From Methanothermus fervidus DSM 2088 (GTDB lineage: Archaea; Methanobacteriota; Methanobacteria; DSM-2088; Methanothermaceae): a stretch of DNA of 32,000 bases. The notes under the pieces were generated by a model. The model searched no databases. It was not told where the DNA came from and worked only from the letters and a program-made list of their open reading frames with translations. This document shows positions 1-10,091 of the stretch, piece by piece. Positions within the stretch are counted from its first letter, which is position 1. Each line of letters opens with the position of its first letter. The stretch lies in assembly GCA_000166095.1 (NCBI GenBank), contig CP002278.1:840001-872000 (forward strand). Reading direction: 5' to 3'. The translations under genes were made by a program, and so were the position numbers.

Positions 1-1
1 A

Positions 2-94
2 TTAACTGTCGGAATACTACATAATCTATACGAAGAAATAGCACGAGAACAAATGATGGAATTACATCCAGCATTAAGAAGATTTTTCAAATGA
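2..94 (+). CDS. secY: SecY translocon subunit, C-terminal fragment (gene starts upstream of window)
   Basis: Reading frame 2 from the window edge gives [30 protein letters not shown], then TGA at 92-94. This resembles archaeal SecY C-termini and occupies the secY position upstream of adk in archaeal spc-type operons. It is absent from the ORF track because no start lies in the window. Confidence 0.6.
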   Translation, partial: LTVGILHNLYEEIAREQMMELHPALRRFFK

Positions 95-104
95 GGAAGA
101 TAAC

Positions 105-674
105 ATGAAAACTGTGGTAATAACTGGAGTACCAGGTTCTGGAACTACAACCGTATTAAAAAACGCATTAAAAAATCTGAATTACGTAAATGTTAATTAT
201 GGTGACGTAATGTTAGAAATTGCAAAGGAAAAGAAACTAGTCGAAGATAGAGATCAAATAAGAAAATTACCATCGGATATACAAAGAGAAATCCAAAAAG
301 AGGCTGCAAGAAAAATTAGAAAGATTGCAGAAAAAGAAAATGTTATTGTAGATACTCACTGTACAATAAAAACACCAACAGGATTTCTTCCAGGGCTTCC
401 TAAATGGGTATTAGATGAATTAAATCCACAATTATTTATATTGGTTGAGGCAGACCCAGAAGAAATATTAGTTAGACGCATAAATGATAAATCAAGATCC
501 AGAGACATGGAAAAGATAAATGAAATAAAGCTCCACCAAGAGATGAACAGAGCAGCTGCAATGGCTTATGCTGTGTTAACAGGTGCAAGTGTAAAAATAA
601 TAGAAAACCATGATGAAAAATTAGATGAAGCTGTTAATGAACTTGTTAATATATTAGAAGGTGTGAAACAATGA
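105..674 (+). CDS. adkA: Adenylate kinase, archaeal type
   Basis: 189 aa with a P-loop GVPGSGTTT at the N-terminus and overall archaeal AdkA-like sequence. SD-like GAGGAAG lies at 93-99. The position after secY is conserved. Confidence 0.9.
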   Translation: MKTVVITGVPGSGTTTVLKNALKNLNYVNVNYGDVMLEIAKEKKLVEDRDQIRKLPSDIQREIQKEAARKIRKIAEKENVIVDTHCTIKTPTGFLPGLPKWVLDELNPQLFILVEADPEEILVRRINDKSRSRDMEKINEIKLHQEMNRAAAMAYAVLTGASVKIIENHDEKLDEAVNELVNILEGVKQ

Positions 675-1201
675 CAATTTTTTTAAATCCGGTTGCTTTA
701 GATCCTAATCCAAATAATCCACTCTTCACAATATTTTTAATATCAATTTTTGTAGCTTTTATAAGTACTTTAGCTAGTAAAATATTAATAGACCATGAAA
801 AATTAGAAAAACATAAAAAAGAAATAGAAAAGTTTCAAAAAGAATTAAAGAAAATAAGTTCATCATCCGACCCCGAAGCGATGAGAAAATTACAAGAAAA
901 ACAAATAGAATTTTTTGACAAACAAAAAGAAATAATGATAATGTCATTCAAACCATTATTAGTAACTTTCATTCCAATACTTCTTGTATTTTATTGGATG
1001 GCACGTGATCCACATATATCAAAGACTGTAGTAATACTACCAAAAGTTGCCTATTATTTATTACTTGTGCCACTTTGGCACATGTTATATCCACCACATC
1101 ATCCTTTACCACCTTACTCAATAGGATGGTTAGGTTGGTATATACTCTGTACCCTTACATTGTCACAAATATTCAGAAAACTTATGGGAGTAAAAGCATA
1201 A
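671..1201 (+). CDS. DUF106 / EMC3-TMCO1-like membrane protein (archaeal YidC/Oxa1-like insertase family)
   Basis: 176 aa with an N-terminal TM, a K/E-rich coiled segment, then two or more TM helices. It shares an ATGA overlap with adkA. The position between adk and L34e is conserved, as for the M. jannaschii DUF106 protein. Confidence 0.75.
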   Translation: MTIFLNPVALDPNPNNPLFTIFLISIFVAFISTLASKILIDHEKLEKHKKEIEKFQKELKKISSSSDPEAMRKLQEKQIEFFDKQKEIMIMSFKPLLVTFIPILLVFYWMARDPHISKTVVILPKVAYYLLLVPLWHMLYPPHHPLPPYSIGWLGWYILCTLTLSQIFRKLMGVKA

Positions 1202-1216
1202 TAAGAGGTGTTATGT

Positions 1217-1486
1217 ATGCCACAACCAAGATATAGATCCAGATCATACCGAAAAGTTTTCAAAAGGACACCTGGTGGAAGAACTGTAGTACATTATGAA
1301 AAAAGGAAACCAAACCCTGCCAGATGTGCTGGCTGTGGGAAAGTACTTCATGGAGTACCTAGAGAGAGACCATATAGAATTAGAAAATTATCAAAAACAA
1401 AAAGACGGCCAAATAGACCATATGGTGGTTATTATTGCTCAGAATGCATGAGGAAAGTCTTTAAAAAAGAGGCTAGATCAATATGA
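1217..1486 (+). CDS. rpl34e: 50S ribosomal protein L34e
   Basis: [14 protein letters not shown]... with a CxxC...CxxC zinc motif (CAGCG...CSEC). I prefer ATG 1217 over the track's GTG 1208 because AGGTG at 1205-1209 then serves as the SD. Confidence 0.9.
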   Translation: MPQPRYRSRSYRKVFKRTPGGRTVVHYEKRKPNPARCAGCGKVLHGVPRERPYRIRKLSKTKRRPNRPYGGYYCSECMRKVFKKEARSI

Positions 1487-2013
1487 TAATAACCATCAGT
1501 GGTTTGGCTGGCAGTGGTACAACCACACTATCTAAAATTTTATCAAAAAAATTAAATTATAAGCATATATCTGCTGGTGATATTTTTAGGAAAATGGCAG
1601 AAGAAAGAAATATGAGTTTATTAGAATTTAGTAAATTTGCAGAAGAAAATGAAGAAATTGACATAAAAATAGATGAAAAACAAGCAGAATTGGCAAAAAA
1701 TTCTGACAATTTAATAATTGAAGGTAGATTATCTGGTCATTTTGTAGATGCAGATTTAAAGGTATGGTTAACAGCGCCATTTGATGTGAGAGCAAAAAGA
1801 ATTAGTAAGAGAGAATCTAAACCGTTAGAAGTTGTTAAAAAAGAAATAAAAAGAAGAGAAAAAAGTGAAGCACTTAGATATAAAAAAATACATGGAATAG
1901 ATATAAACAATCTTGATATTTATGACCTTATAATAAATTCTAGTACTTTTAGTGCAGAAGAAATAGCCGAAATCATAATAAAAGCATTAGAGGTGATTCA
2001 ATGGCGGCAATAG
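1483..2013 (+). CDS. cmk: Cytidylate kinase, archaeal type
   Basis: 176 aa with P-loop [13 protein letters not shown] overlap with L34e. Conserved L34e-cmk-L14e order. Confidence 0.9.
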   Translation: MIITISGLAGSGTTTLSKILSKKLNYKHISAGDIFRKMAEERNMSLLEFSKFAEENEEIDIKIDEKQAELAKNSDNLIIEGRLSGHFVDADLKVWLTAPFDVRAKRISKRESKPLEVVKKEIKRREKSEALRYKKIHGIDINNLDIYDLIINSSTFSAEEIAEIIIKALEVIQWRQ

Positions 2014-2243
2014 ACATTGGAAGAGTATGTATAAAAACTGCTGGAAGAGAAGCAGGGAACGTTTGTGTAATTTTAGATATAGTTGATAAAAATTTTGTTG
2101 AAGTTGTTGGACCTAACGTTAAACACAGGAGATGTAATATAAAACATTTAGAACCAACTAACAAAAAAATTGATATAGACACTGATGATATAGAAGAAAT
2201 AAAGAAAAAACTTGAAGAATTTGAAGAAAAAATAAGAAGTTGA
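2001..2243 (+). CDS. rpl14e: 50S ribosomal protein L14e
   Basis: 80 aa, [19 protein letters not shown]...KHRRCNIKHLEPT (KOW-like L14e signature). SD GAGGTGA at 1990-1996. Confidence 0.9.
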   Translation: MAAIDIGRVCIKTAGREAGNVCVILDIVDKNFVEVVGPNVKHRRCNIKHLEPTNKKIDIDTDDIEEIKKKLEEFEEKIRS

Positions 2244-2264
2244 AGATGAAGCAACAATTGGCTG

Positions 2265-2281
2265 TTTTTAATTCTTTTTTT
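2265..2281 (+). terminator. Oligo-T tract (T5 + T7) after L14e, candidate archaeal terminator
   Basis: TTTTTAATTCTTTTTTT lies directly downstream of the L14e stop. Archaeal RNAP terminates at oligo-T runs. There is no experimental support. Confidence 0.3.
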
Positions 2282-2292
2282 GTAGGGATATA

Positions 2293-3282
2293 ATGTGTAG
2301 CTTCTTAGTAAAATCTGAGGCCAATACAAATCCCAAGTATGGATGTTCTCCAGAAGATAGACCTATAGAGGAGTATATAGCTAAAGGAGTTGTAAATTTA
2401 GATAAACCTGCTGGACCTACTTCTCATGAAGTTGCAGCCTGGGTTAGAAAAATATTAGGCGTTAAAAAAGTTGGACATGGTGGAACTTTAGATCCTAAAG
2501 TAACTGGAGTATTACCCATAGGTATAGAGAAAGCTACAAGGATAATGCCTCTTCTCCTAAAAGCAAAAAAAGAATATGTTTGCTTAATGAGACTACATAA
2601 AAAAGTAGATGAAGAAGAAATTCGTAAAATATTGGAAGAGTTTCAAGGTAAAATTTTTCAAACGCCTCCCTTACGTTCAGCCGTAAAAAGAGAATTAAGA
2701 GTTAGAAGAATATATTATGTGAAATTGTTGGAAATAGAAGGTAAAGATGTTTTATTTAGAATAGGTTGTGAAGCAGGCACTTATATCAGAAAATATTGTT
2801 ACGATGTTGGGGAAGCTCTAGGTGTAGGAGCACATATGGCAGAACTCCGACGTACAATGGTTGGTCCATTCAAGGAGGATGACACATTAGTCACCCTTCA
2901 TGATTTGACTGATGCATATCACTACTATATTGAAGATGGTGATGAATCTTTACTTAGAAAAGTCATATTACCTATGGAGAAAGCTGTTGAACATCTTCCT
3001 GAAATTGTGATACGTGATACTGCTGTTGATGCTATATGTCATGGTTCATATCTTGCAGCTCCTGGTGTTGTTGGATTAAGTGATAATATTAAGAGGGGAG
3101 ATATTGTAGCTATCAAGACTTTAAAGGGAGAATTAGTTGCTGTAGGGACAGCCACCATGTCCTCACAAGAAATACTTCTTTCCAGTAAGGGCATTGTTGT
3201 AAATATTAATAAAGTTTTTATGGAGAGAGGTATATATCCACAAGTATGGAAGACCGAAAAATATAAAAATAATATATCATAA
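2293..3282 (+). CDS. cbf5: H/ACA RNP pseudouridine synthase Cbf5 (TruB family with C-terminal PUA domain)
   Basis: 329 aa with the TruB catalytic motif GHGGTLDPKVTGVLP and a PUA-like C-terminal region (IVIRDTAVDAICHGSYLAAPGV). Confidence 0.92.
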   Translation: MCSFLVKSEANTNPKYGCSPEDRPIEEYIAKGVVNLDKPAGPTSHEVAAWVRKILGVKKVGHGGTLDPKVTGVLPIGIEKATRIMPLLLKAKKEYVCLMRLHKKVDEEEIRKILEEFQGKIFQTPPLRSAVKRELRVRRIYYVKLLEIEGKDVLFRIGCEAGTYIRKYCYDVGEALGVGAHMAELRRTMVGPFKEDDTLVTLHDLTDAYHYYIEDGDESLLRKVILPMEKAVEHLPEIVIRDTAVDAICHGSYLAAPGVVGLSDNIKRGDIVAIKTLKGELVAVGTATMSSQEILLSSKGIVVNINKVFMERGIYPQVWKTEKYKNNIS

Positions 3283-3302
3283 TAAATAAAAATTTGCAGA
3301 AA

Positions 3303-3389
3303 GCCGGGGTAGCCTAGCCTGGTAAGGCGCGAGCCTGGAGAGCTCGTGGGGCATTACGCCCCTCCTGGGTTCAAATCCCAGCCCCGGCG
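3303..3389 (+). tRNA. tRNA-Ser (anticodon GGA), class II with long variable arm
   Basis: Acceptor GCCGGGG/CCCCGGC with discriminator G. Anticodon stem CGAGC/GCTCG with loop CTGGAGA (GGA at 3337-3339). Variable arm GGGGC-ATTAC-GCCCC. T arm CTGGG-TTCAAAT-CCCAG. No encoded CCA. Confidence 0.9.
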
Positions 3390-3415
3390 TATTTAATACA
3401 TGATTTCTATTAATC

Positions 3416-3421
3416 TTTTTT
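3416..3421 (+). terminator. Oligo-T tract after tRNA-Ser
   Basis: T6 run about 27 nt downstream of the tRNA 3' end, ahead of the S13 SD (GGAGGT 3442-3447). Confidence 0.25.
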
Positions 3422-3453
3422 GATAAAAGATCATTCTTACTGGAGGTCATAGT

Positions 3454-3900
3454 ATGGAAAAAGAATTTAAACATATTGTTCGTTTAGCAAGAAGAGATTT
3501 AGATGGAAATAAAAATGTAGAGGAAGCAATAACAGGCATAAAAGGTATTGGAAAAGCTTTAGGTAAAGCTATAGCTAGAGTCACAGGATTTGAAGGTAAA
3601 AAAATAGGTTATTTATCTGATGAGGAATTAGAAAAATTAGAAGATGCCATAGAAAATCCTGGTAATTATGGTATACCTTCGTGGATGTTTAACAGAAAAA
3701 AAGATTATAGAACTGGTGAAAACAAGCATCTTATTGAAGCAGATTTAGAGATGACTATTAGGGAAGACATAAATAGACTTAAGAGAATTAGATCCTACAG
3801 AGGTATAAGACATGAATTAGGCTTACCTGTAAGAGGTCAAAGGACAAAATCAACATTTAGAAAAGGACAAACAGTTGGTGTGAAAAGAAGACGAAGGTAA
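3454..3900 (+). CDS. rps13: 30S ribosomal protein S13
   Basis: 148 aa with S13 family sequence ([35 protein letters not shown]). Conserved tRNA-Ser/S13/S4/S11/rpoD order. Confidence 0.93.
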   Translation: MEKEFKHIVRLARRDLDGNKNVEEAITGIKGIGKALGKAIARVTGFEGKKIGYLSDEELEKLEDAIENPGNYGIPSWMFNRKKDYRTGENKHLIEADLEMTIREDINRLKRIRSYRGIRHELGLPVRGQRTKSTFRKGQTVGVKRRRR

Positions 3901-3909
3901 GGGATATTT

Positions 3910-4431
3910 ATGGGACATCCAAAAAAACCTAGGAAAAAATATGATACACCCCCACATCCATGGGATGCTCAAAGAATAAAAGAGGAAAAAAAATTAGTTA
4001 AAAAATATGGATTAAAAAACAAAAAGGAGATTTGGAAAGCAGAAACTATGGTAAGAAGGTATCGTAGAGAAGCAAGAAAACTTTTTGGAATGCCAGAAGA
4101 ACATGCAAAAGTAGAATCAAAGCAATTAATGAAACATTTGTGGAAGCTAGGACTATTAGATAAAGATGCTGAGTTGAGGGACATCTTAGATCTTACTGTT
4201 GAAGATGTACTTAGACGTAGACTTCAAACTATGGTTTATGAAAAAGGACTTGCAAGAACAATAAAGCAGGCAAGGCAAATGATTGTTCATGGACACATAG
4301 CAATTGATGGCACAAGGGTGAGATCTCCTGGACACATTGTAAAAAGAGAAGAAGAGGATAAAATTGATTTTTATCCACACTCACCAATGAAAGAGATTAT
4401 AAAAAGTGAAAAGGAAAAAGCAGAAGGATAA
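3910..4431 (+). CDS. rps4: 30S ribosomal protein S4
   Basis: 173 aa, [18 protein letters not shown]..., with an S4 RNA-binding domain ([15 protein letters not shown]). Confidence 0.93.
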   Translation: MGHPKKPRKKYDTPPHPWDAQRIKEEKKLVKKYGLKNKKEIWKAETMVRRYRREARKLFGMPEEHAKVESKQLMKHLWKLGLLDKDAELRDILDLTVEDVLRRRLQTMVYEKGLARTIKQARQMIVHGHIAIDGTRVRSPGHIVKREEEDKIDFYPHSPMKEIIKSEKEKAEG

Positions 4432-4444
4432 AAGGTGAAAAATC

Positions 4445-4849
4445 ATGGCAGAAAAAAAGAAAAAACGAGAGAAATGGGGAATTGCTCATATCTATTCATC
4501 CTTTAACAACACAATCATAACAATTACTGATATTACAGGAGCTGAAACTATAACTCAATGGTCTGGTGGAAGAGTTGTAAGAGCAGATAGGCAAGAAGGA
4601 ACACCATTTGCAGCAATGGAAGCTGCAACTAGAGCTGCCGAAGATGCAAAAGAAAAGGGCATTGTAGGTGTACATATCAAAGTACGTGCACCAGGAGGAA
4701 ATGGTCCTAGAACACCAGGTCCTGGTGCTCAGGCAAGTATAAGGGCTTTAGCAAGGGCAGGACTAAAAATAGGTAGAATAGAAGATGTAACACCAATACC
4801 TCATGATGGTACTACTAGACCTGGAGGCAGGAAAGGGAGAAGGGTTTAA
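4445..4849 (+). CDS. rps11: 30S ribosomal protein S11
   Basis: 134 aa with [18 protein letters not shown] and a C-terminal [21 protein letters not shown]-like signature. Confidence 0.93.
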   Translation: MAEKKKKREKWGIAHIYSSFNNTIITITDITGAETITQWSGGRVVRADRQEGTPFAAMEAATRAAEDAKEKGIVGVHIKVRAPGGNGPRTPGPGAQASIRALARAGLKIGRIEDVTPIPHDGTTRPGGRKGRRV

Positions 4850-5644
4850 ATGGATGTTGTTGTAAATAAAGAAAACAATACTGAAATTAAATTTACAATA
4901 GATGGCGTAGATACTTCTTTCGTCAATGCTTTAAGACGAGCTTCAATGACTGAAGTTCCTAAATTAGCTATAGAATATATAAGAATTGTCACTAATACAT
5001 CAAGAATGTATGATGAAATGCTAGCACATAGGTTGGGATTAATACCGCTACGTTCTAATGAAAAAATTGTTGGTAATCTTTTAATGCCTGAGGAATGTGA
5101 TTGTGACAAATATTGTGCAAAATGTAGTGTTTCTTTCACTTTAAAAAAACAAGGGCCTTGTGTTGTTTATAGCGGTGATCTTGTACCATCTGATCCAGAA
5201 ATAAAACCAGTGTATGAAAATATACCTATTATAAAACTTGAAGAAGATGAAAAAATAGAATTAGAAGCAATTGCTCAACTTGGTTTGGGTAAAAAGCATG
5301 CAAAATGGAGACCTACAACTGCGTGCGGATATAAATATTATCCAAAAATTATAATTAAAGATACATGTGACAATTGCCAAGCTTGTATTGAAGAATGTCC
5401 CAAAGATGTACTAAAAGCTAATAAAGATACAATAAAAATTGAAAATATCGAAGCATGTTCATTGTGCAGAGCTTGTGAAAGGATATGCGAAAATGAATCT
5501 ATCTCTGTTCAATACATCGATAATAAATTCATATTTAAGATGGAAACTGATGGTTCAATGCCGCCAAGAGAAATTTTAAATAAAGCATGTGATTCTATTA
5601 TAAAAAAGGCAGATGAAATTATCAAGTTCTGCGAGGGTGAATAA
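4850..5644 (+). CDS. rpoD: DNA-directed RNA polymerase subunit D (Rpb3 homologue) with ferredoxin-like Fe-S domain
   Basis: 264 aa. The start abuts the S11 stop. It carries two CxxCxxCxxxC(P) motifs ([23 protein letters not shown]) in the inserted domain. Confidence 0.9.
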   Translation: MDVVVNKENNTEIKFTIDGVDTSFVNALRRASMTEVPKLAIEYIRIVTNTSRMYDEMLAHRLGLIPLRSNEKIVGNLLMPEECDCDKYCAKCSVSFTLKKQGPCVVYSGDLVPSDPEIKPVYENIPIIKLEEDEKIELEAIAQLGLGKKHAKWRPTTACGYKYYPKIIIKDTCDNCQACIEECPKDVLKANKDTIKIENIEACSLCRACERICENESISVQYIDNKFIFKMETDGSMPPREILNKACDSIIKKADEIIKFCEGE

Positions 5645-5645
5645 A

Positions 5646-6011
5646 ATGCCATTAAATATTACCAAAACTAATCCTTACCTTGTAAATCTAATCATAAAAC
5701 TTAAAAAGAAATCTAACGAAGAAAATGTAAAAATATGGAGAGATGTGGCTGAAAGACTAAATAGGCCTACAAGACGTCGTGCAGAAGTAAATATATCTAA
5801 AATAAATAGATATTCTAAAGAAAATGAAACGGTACTAGTACCTGGAAAAGTTCTTGGCAGTGGTAAACTTGATCATAAAGTTACAGTAGCTGCATTGGCT
5901 TTTTCAAAAAACGCTAAAAATAAAATAAAGAAAGCTGGTGGTAGGTGCATAAGCATAGATACTCTACTTGAAGAAAATCCAAAAGGTAGTAATGTAAGAA
6001 TAATGGAGTGA
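5646..6011 (+). CDS. rpl18e: 50S ribosomal protein L18e
   Basis: I prefer ATG 5646 ([16 protein letters not shown]...) because the track's 5613 start would overlap the rpoD C-terminus. The start lies just after the rpoD stop. L18e-like sequence and conserved position. Confidence 0.88.
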   Translation: MPLNITKTNPYLVNLIIKLKKKSNEENVKIWRDVAERLNRPTRRRAEVNISKINRYSKENETVLVPGKVLGSGKLDHKVTVAALAFSKNAKNKIKKAGGRCISIDTLLEENPKGSNVRIME

Positions 6012-6016
6012 TAATA

Positions 6017-6442
6017 ATGATTTACATTGATGGCGAGGGTCATATATTAGGGAGGCTTGCAAGCATTGTTAGTAAAAAATTATTAGAAGGAGAAAAGGTT
6101 ACAGTATTTAATACTGAAAAAATAATTATCACCGGTTCAAGAGATTGGATATTAGAAAGATATCAACAAAGAGTTAGAAGATCAAGTCTTACAAATCCTC
6201 GAAGAATGGGACCAAAATATCCACGAAGACCTGACGACATATTTAGAAGAACTGTGCGTGGCATGTTACCTTACAAAAAACCAAAAGGAAGGAAAGCATT
6301 CAAAAATTTAAGAGCTTACGTAGGAATACCCAGAGAATTTAAAGACGTTGAAACAATTAAAATAAAAGAAGCTATGAGAGAAAGAATTAAAAAAGGTATA
6401 ACACTTGGTGAAGTTTCTAGACATTTAGGAGCTAGATTTTGA
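6017..6442 (+). CDS. rpl13: 50S ribosomal protein L13
   Basis: [16 protein letters not shown]... matches the L13 N-terminus. I prefer ATG 6017 over GTG 6008. Confidence 0.9.
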   Translation: MIYIDGEGHILGRLASIVSKKLLEGEKVTVFNTEKIIITGSRDWILERYQQRVRRSSLTNPRRMGPKYPRRPDDIFRRTVRGMLPYKKPKGRKAFKNLRAYVGIPREFKDVETIKIKEAMRERIKKGITLGEVSRHLGARF

Positions 6443-6451
6443 GGTGTTCAG

Positions 6452-6856
6452 ATGGATAGGATTGTACAAGTAAGTGGTAAAAGAAAAACCGCGATAGCCA
6501 GAGGTACAATAAGAAAAGGTAAAGGAAGAGTCAGAATAAATAAAAGACCTGTAGAATTATATACACCTGAGTTAGCACGTTTAAAAATAATGGAACCATT
6601 AGTTCTTGCTGGTGAAGACGTTGTTAAGAATATTGACATCGACATCAAAGTACAAGGCGGCGGAGTGATGGGACAAGCAGAAGCTGCTAGGATGGCAATA
6701 GCTAGAGGGTTAGTTGAATGGACAAATGATGTTGAATTAAAAGAGAAATTTATGCAGTATGATAGAACTATGCTTGTTGGAGATCCAAGACGCTCAGAAC
6801 CTAAGAAATATGGTGGTAGAGGAGCTAGAGCTCGTAGACAGAAGAGTTATAGATAA
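6452..6856 (+). CDS. rps9: 30S ribosomal protein S9
   Basis: 134 aa, GKRKTAIAR...GGG..GQAEA.R.AIAR..., with a C-terminal RRQKSYR. SD GAGGTG upstream. Confidence 0.93.
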   Translation: MDRIVQVSGKRKTAIARGTIRKGKGRVRINKRPVELYTPELARLKIMEPLVLAGEDVVKNIDIDIKVQGGGVMGQAEAARMAIARGLVEWTNDVELKEKFMQYDRTMLVGDPRRSEPKKYGGRGARARRQKSYR

Positions 6857-6873
6857 ATTTTTAGGATGGTAAA

Positions 6874-7044
6874 ATGATAATACCTGTAAGATGTTTCACA
6901 TGTGGAAATCCAATATCAAAATATTATGATGAATTCCAAAAAAGGGTTAAAAAAGGAGAAAAAATAGAAAAAATTTTAAATGATTTAAATATCAAAAGAT
7001 ATTGTTGTAGAAGGATGCTAATTTCACATATTGATATACTGTGA
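6874..7044 (+). CDS. rpoN: DNA-directed RNA polymerase subunit N (Rpb10 homologue)
   Basis: Not in the ORF track (56 aa). My translation is [56 protein letters not shown], followed by TGA. It has the Rpb10 zinc motif CxxC...CC and the conserved position after S9. Confidence 0.9.
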   Translation: MIIPVRCFTCGNPISKYYDEFQKRVKKGEKIEKILNDLNIKRYCCRRMLISHIDIL

Positions 7045-7045
7045 T

Positions 7046-7135
<90 letters not shown>

Positions 7136-7161
7136 TCACATTTTCTCCCAAAAAACTACTA

Positions 7162-7168
7162 TTTTTTT
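7162..7168 (+). terminator. Oligo-T tract after tRNA-Pro
   Basis: T7 run 27 nt after the tRNA 3' end, immediately before the rpoK SD (GGAGGA 7173-7178). Confidence 0.25.
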
Positions 7169-7185
7169 ATTTAGGAGGAAAAATA

Positions 7186-7362
7186 ATGTCAAAGAAACTT
7201 ACACGTTTTGAGAAAGATAGATTACTTGGATCTAGAGCATTACAATTAGCCATGGGTGCAAAACCCTTAGTAAAAACAGATAAAATTAATCCTGTAGATA
7301 TTGCAATTCTAGAACTTAAAAAAGATGTGATACCATTAAAAGTTGTAAGAAACAGTGATTGA
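7186..7362 (+). CDS. rpoK: DNA-directed RNA polymerase subunit K (Rpb6/omega homologue)
   Basis: Not in the ORF track (58 aa). My translation is [58 protein letters not shown], followed by TGA. It has the Rpb6 core motif TRFE..R..G.RA.Q and SD GGAGGA upstream. Confidence 0.85.
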   Translation: MSKKLTRFEKDRLLGSRALQLAMGAKPLVKTDKINPVDIAILELKKDVIPLKVVRNSD

Positions 7363-7370
7363 GGTGAATC

Positions 7371-8624
7371 TTGTTGAATAGCATTATTGAAGATATTAGA
7401 GTTAGAAAAATAATAGACAGTAGGGGCAATCCAACAATTGAAGTTGATGTACTAACTGTAAGTGGTTTTGGACGTGCTGCCGCACCTAGTGGTGCCAGTA
7501 CTGGTGTCAAAGAAGTTAAGGCGTTTCCTGAGGGAGATATCGATAAAATAATAAGTGATATTGAGGACATACTATCATCAGAATTAATAGGTATGGATGC
7601 TGAAGATTCTAGAGAAATAGACGCTGTTTTAAAGGAAATAGATGGCACAAAAGATTTATCATCATTGGGTGGTAACACTATAGTAGCTGTTTCAATGGCT
7701 ACTGCTAAAGCAGCTGCATCTTCTTATGGATTACCTCTGTACAAATTCTTAGGTGGTAATTTTTCATTTAGATTGCCTTATCCGTTAGGCAACATGATAA
7801 ATGGAGGAGTGCATGCAGGTAAAAGAACACCAGATATTCAGGAATTTTTGGCATTGCCTAAAGGAGCATCTACATTTAAAGAAGCTGTACTCACAAATTC
7901 AAAGGTTCACAAAAGAATTCGAGAATTAATAGATAAGAAAGATAAAACATTCACTGGTGGAAAAGGTGATGAAGGCGGATGGACACCAAATATAACAAGT
8001 ATGGATGCATTGGAAATATTATCAGAAGCTTGTGAAAATGTTAGTGATGAAACTGGTGTAGAAGTTTCATGTGGATTAGATTTTGCAGCAAGTGAGTTAT
8101 GGGATCACGAGAGAAAAAAATACATTTATGAAAGAGATGTTTTAGAGAATGATCCTGGAGAACAAATAGACTTTGTTATAGATGTTATAAAATCATTTAA
8201 TCTTTATTATGTTGAAGATCCATTCCATGAAAATGATTTTGAAAGTTTTGCAGAGTTAACAAAAAAAGTTGGCGACAAGTGTATAATTTGTGGCGATGAT
8301 TTGTTTGTAACGAATAAAAAATATCTAGCAAAAGGTATAAAATATGGAGCTGCAAATGCAATAATTATAAAACCCAACCAAGTTGGAACATTAACAGATA
8401 CTTATGATACTTTAACACTTGCAAAAGAAAATCAATATATACCTGTAATGTCTCATAGATCTGGAGAAACTACTGATGAAACAATTGCTCATTTGGCTGT
8501 TGCATTTTCTTGTCCAATCATTAAAACAGGTGCTATTGGTGGAGAAAGAATAGCCAAACTCAATGAACTTATAAGAATAGAAGAAGAAATTATTGATTCT
8601 TCAATGGCAGAATTAGAGAGGTGA
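7371..8624 (+). CDS. eno: Enolase (2-phosphoglycerate dehydratase)
   Basis: 417 aa with [28 protein letters not shown], the metal ligands ([20 protein letters not shown]), KPNQVGT and [10 protein letters not shown] start (7371 or 7374) after SD GAGGTGA. No in-frame ATG lies upstream of the conserved N-terminus. Confidence 0.93.
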   Translation: MLNSIIEDIRVRKIIDSRGNPTIEVDVLTVSGFGRAAAPSGASTGVKEVKAFPEGDIDKIISDIEDILSSELIGMDAEDSREIDAVLKEIDGTKDLSSLGGNTIVAVSMATAKAAASSYGLPLYKFLGGNFSFRLPYPLGNMINGGVHAGKRTPDIQEFLALPKGASTFKEAVLTNSKVHKRIRELIDKKDKTFTGGKGDEGGWTPNITSMDALEILSEACENVSDETGVEVSCGLDFAASELWDHERKKYIYERDVLENDPGEQIDFVIDVIKSFNLYYVEDPFHENDFESFAELTKKVGDKCIICGDDLFVTNKKYLAKGIKYGAANAIIIKPNQVGTLTDTYDTLTLAKENQYIPVMSHRSGETTDETIAHLAVAFSCPIIKTGAIGGERIAKLNELIRIEEEIIDSSMAELER

Positions 8625-8628
8625 TAAT

Positions 8629-9225
8629 TTGTCAGAACTACTAATACCGTTGGACAATTATCTAGCAGCTGGTATACATATTGGAACTCAGCAGAAAACT
8701 GCAGATATGGAAAGATACATTTATAGAGTTAGATCTGATGGATTATACATCCTAGATGTTAGAAAAACAGATGAAAGAATAAGAATTGCTGCAAAATTTC
8801 TTGCAAAATATGAACCACATGATATATTAGCTGTTTCAGTAAGACAATATGGACAACCGGCTGTTAAAAAATTTGGAGAGATAACTGGAGCAAAAGCAAT
8901 ACCTGGAAGATTTATACCAGGAACATTGACGAATCCAAACCTTGATTCATTTGTAGAACCAGAGGTATTAGTTGTAACCGATCCACGTGCTGATTCTCAA
9001 GCATTGACAGAATCAAAAGAAATTGGTATACCTACAGTTGCATTTTGTGATAGTGAAAACTTATTAGGTAATGTAGATATTGCAATACCAGCAAATAATA
9101 AAGGTAGAAAATCTCTTGCTACTTTATATTGGTTATTAACCCGTGAACTTTTAAAGGAGAGAGGGGTTATTGAAAAGTATGAAGAATTTGACGTGCCTCC
9201 AACTGAATTCGAATTTAAACTTTAA
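8629..9225 (+). CDS. rps2: 30S ribosomal protein S2
   Basis: 198 aa with [11 protein letters not shown] and the S2 core. TTG start after SD GAGGTGA. Conserved eno-S2 pairing. Confidence 0.92.
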   Translation: MSELLIPLDNYLAAGIHIGTQQKTADMERYIYRVRSDGLYILDVRKTDERIRIAAKFLAKYEPHDILAVSVRQYGQPAVKKFGEITGAKAIPGRFIPGTLTNPNLDSFVEPEVLVVTDPRADSQALTESKEIGIPTVAFCDSENLLGNVDIAIPANNKGRKSLATLYWLLTRELLKERGVIEKYEEFDVPPTEFEFKL

Positions 9226-9237
9226 AGAAGTGATTAT

Positions 9238-10080
9238 ATGAAAAGAAAACCTGCTGTAGCAGGAACATTTTATGAATCAGATCCAAAAGCTCTCAAAAAT
9301 AGAATAGAATGGTGTTTTAAACATGAATTAGGTCCTGGAGATTTTCCTAAAGTCGGTGGAGATAGAAACATAGTTGGGGTCATTGCCCCCCATGCAGGTT
9401 ATATTTATTCAGGACCTATTGCAGCCCATGCATATTACAGAATAGTTGAAGATGGATTCCCAGAAACATTCATAATTTTATGTCCAAACCATACAGGTAT
9501 GGGATCTTCTGTTTCATTGATGGCGGAAGGTGAGTGGGAAACCCCACTAGGTTCTGTTAAAATTGATGAAGAATTTTCTAGCGAATTGTTTAAGAAATCA
9601 GAAATAATAGACATCGATGACACAGCACATTCACAAGAACATAGTTGTGAAGTACATATCCCTTTCCTTCAATATTTTAAAAAAGACTTCAAAATAGTTC
9701 CAATTTGTATGTGGTTACAAGACTTAGAGACTACAAAAGAGGTTGCACAAGCAATTGTTGATACAATTAAAAGCTTAAATAAGGACATTGTTTTAATTGC
9801 TAGTACAGATTTTACACATTATGAACCCCAGGAAATAGCAGAAAGCACTGACAAAAAAATTATAGATGCTATATTAAAATTGGATGAAAAAGTTATGTAC
9901 AAAAGAATAAATGATCTTAACGCTACTATGTGTGGTTATGGACCAGTATCAGTTGTTTTAATATCATCAAAAAAGCTTGGAGCAAATAAAGCAAGGCTTT
10001 TAAAATATGGAACTAGTGGAGATGTTACAGGAGATCGCTCTTCAGTGGTTGGATATGCATCCATAACAATAGAAAAATAG
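9238..10080 (+). CDS. MEMO1-family protein (AmmeMemoRadiSam system protein B-like, function unknown)
   Basis: 280 aa with Memo family motifs AGTFY, PHAGYIYSG, CPNHTG, EHSCEVHIPFLQ, STDFTHY and CGYGP. Confidence 0.85.
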   Translation: MKRKPAVAGTFYESDPKALKNRIEWCFKHELGPGDFPKVGGDRNIVGVIAPHAGYIYSGPIAAHAYYRIVEDGFPETFIILCPNHTGMGSSVSLMAEGEWETPLGSVKIDEEFSSELFKKSEIIDIDDTAHSQEHSCEVHIPFLQYFKKDFKIVPICMWLQDLETTKEVAQAIVDTIKSLNKDIVLIASTDFTHYEPQEIAESTDKKIIDAILKLDEKVMYKRINDLNATMCGYGPVSVVLISSKKLGANKARLLKYGTSGDVTGDRSSVVGYASITIEK

Positions 10081-10091
10081 GTAAGGTAAAT

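Noticed and set aside
1973-2329. 118-aa minus-strand ORF across L14e
   Set aside because: It is antisense to L14e and to the cmk end, low-complexity, and lacks a start context.
3277-3474. 65-aa minus-strand ORF (and 6924-7151, 75 aa)
   Set aside because: Both are open only because they span GC-rich tRNA genes (tRNA-Ser and tRNA-Pro). The tRNA folds explain the sequence.
7316-7678. 120-aa ORF antisense to the rpoK end and enolase start
   Set aside because: It overlaps two well-supported genes, and its translation is S/I/L-rich and low-complexity.
8455-8480. The enolase signature reads SHRSGETTD rather than the SHRSGETED I remember
   Set aside because: Every catalytic or metal-binding residue I can identify is present: the Ser of the PSGASTG loop, both catalytic Glu and Lys positions, and the Asp/Glu/Asp metal ligands. 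A single conservative deviation is not evidence of neofunctionalisation.
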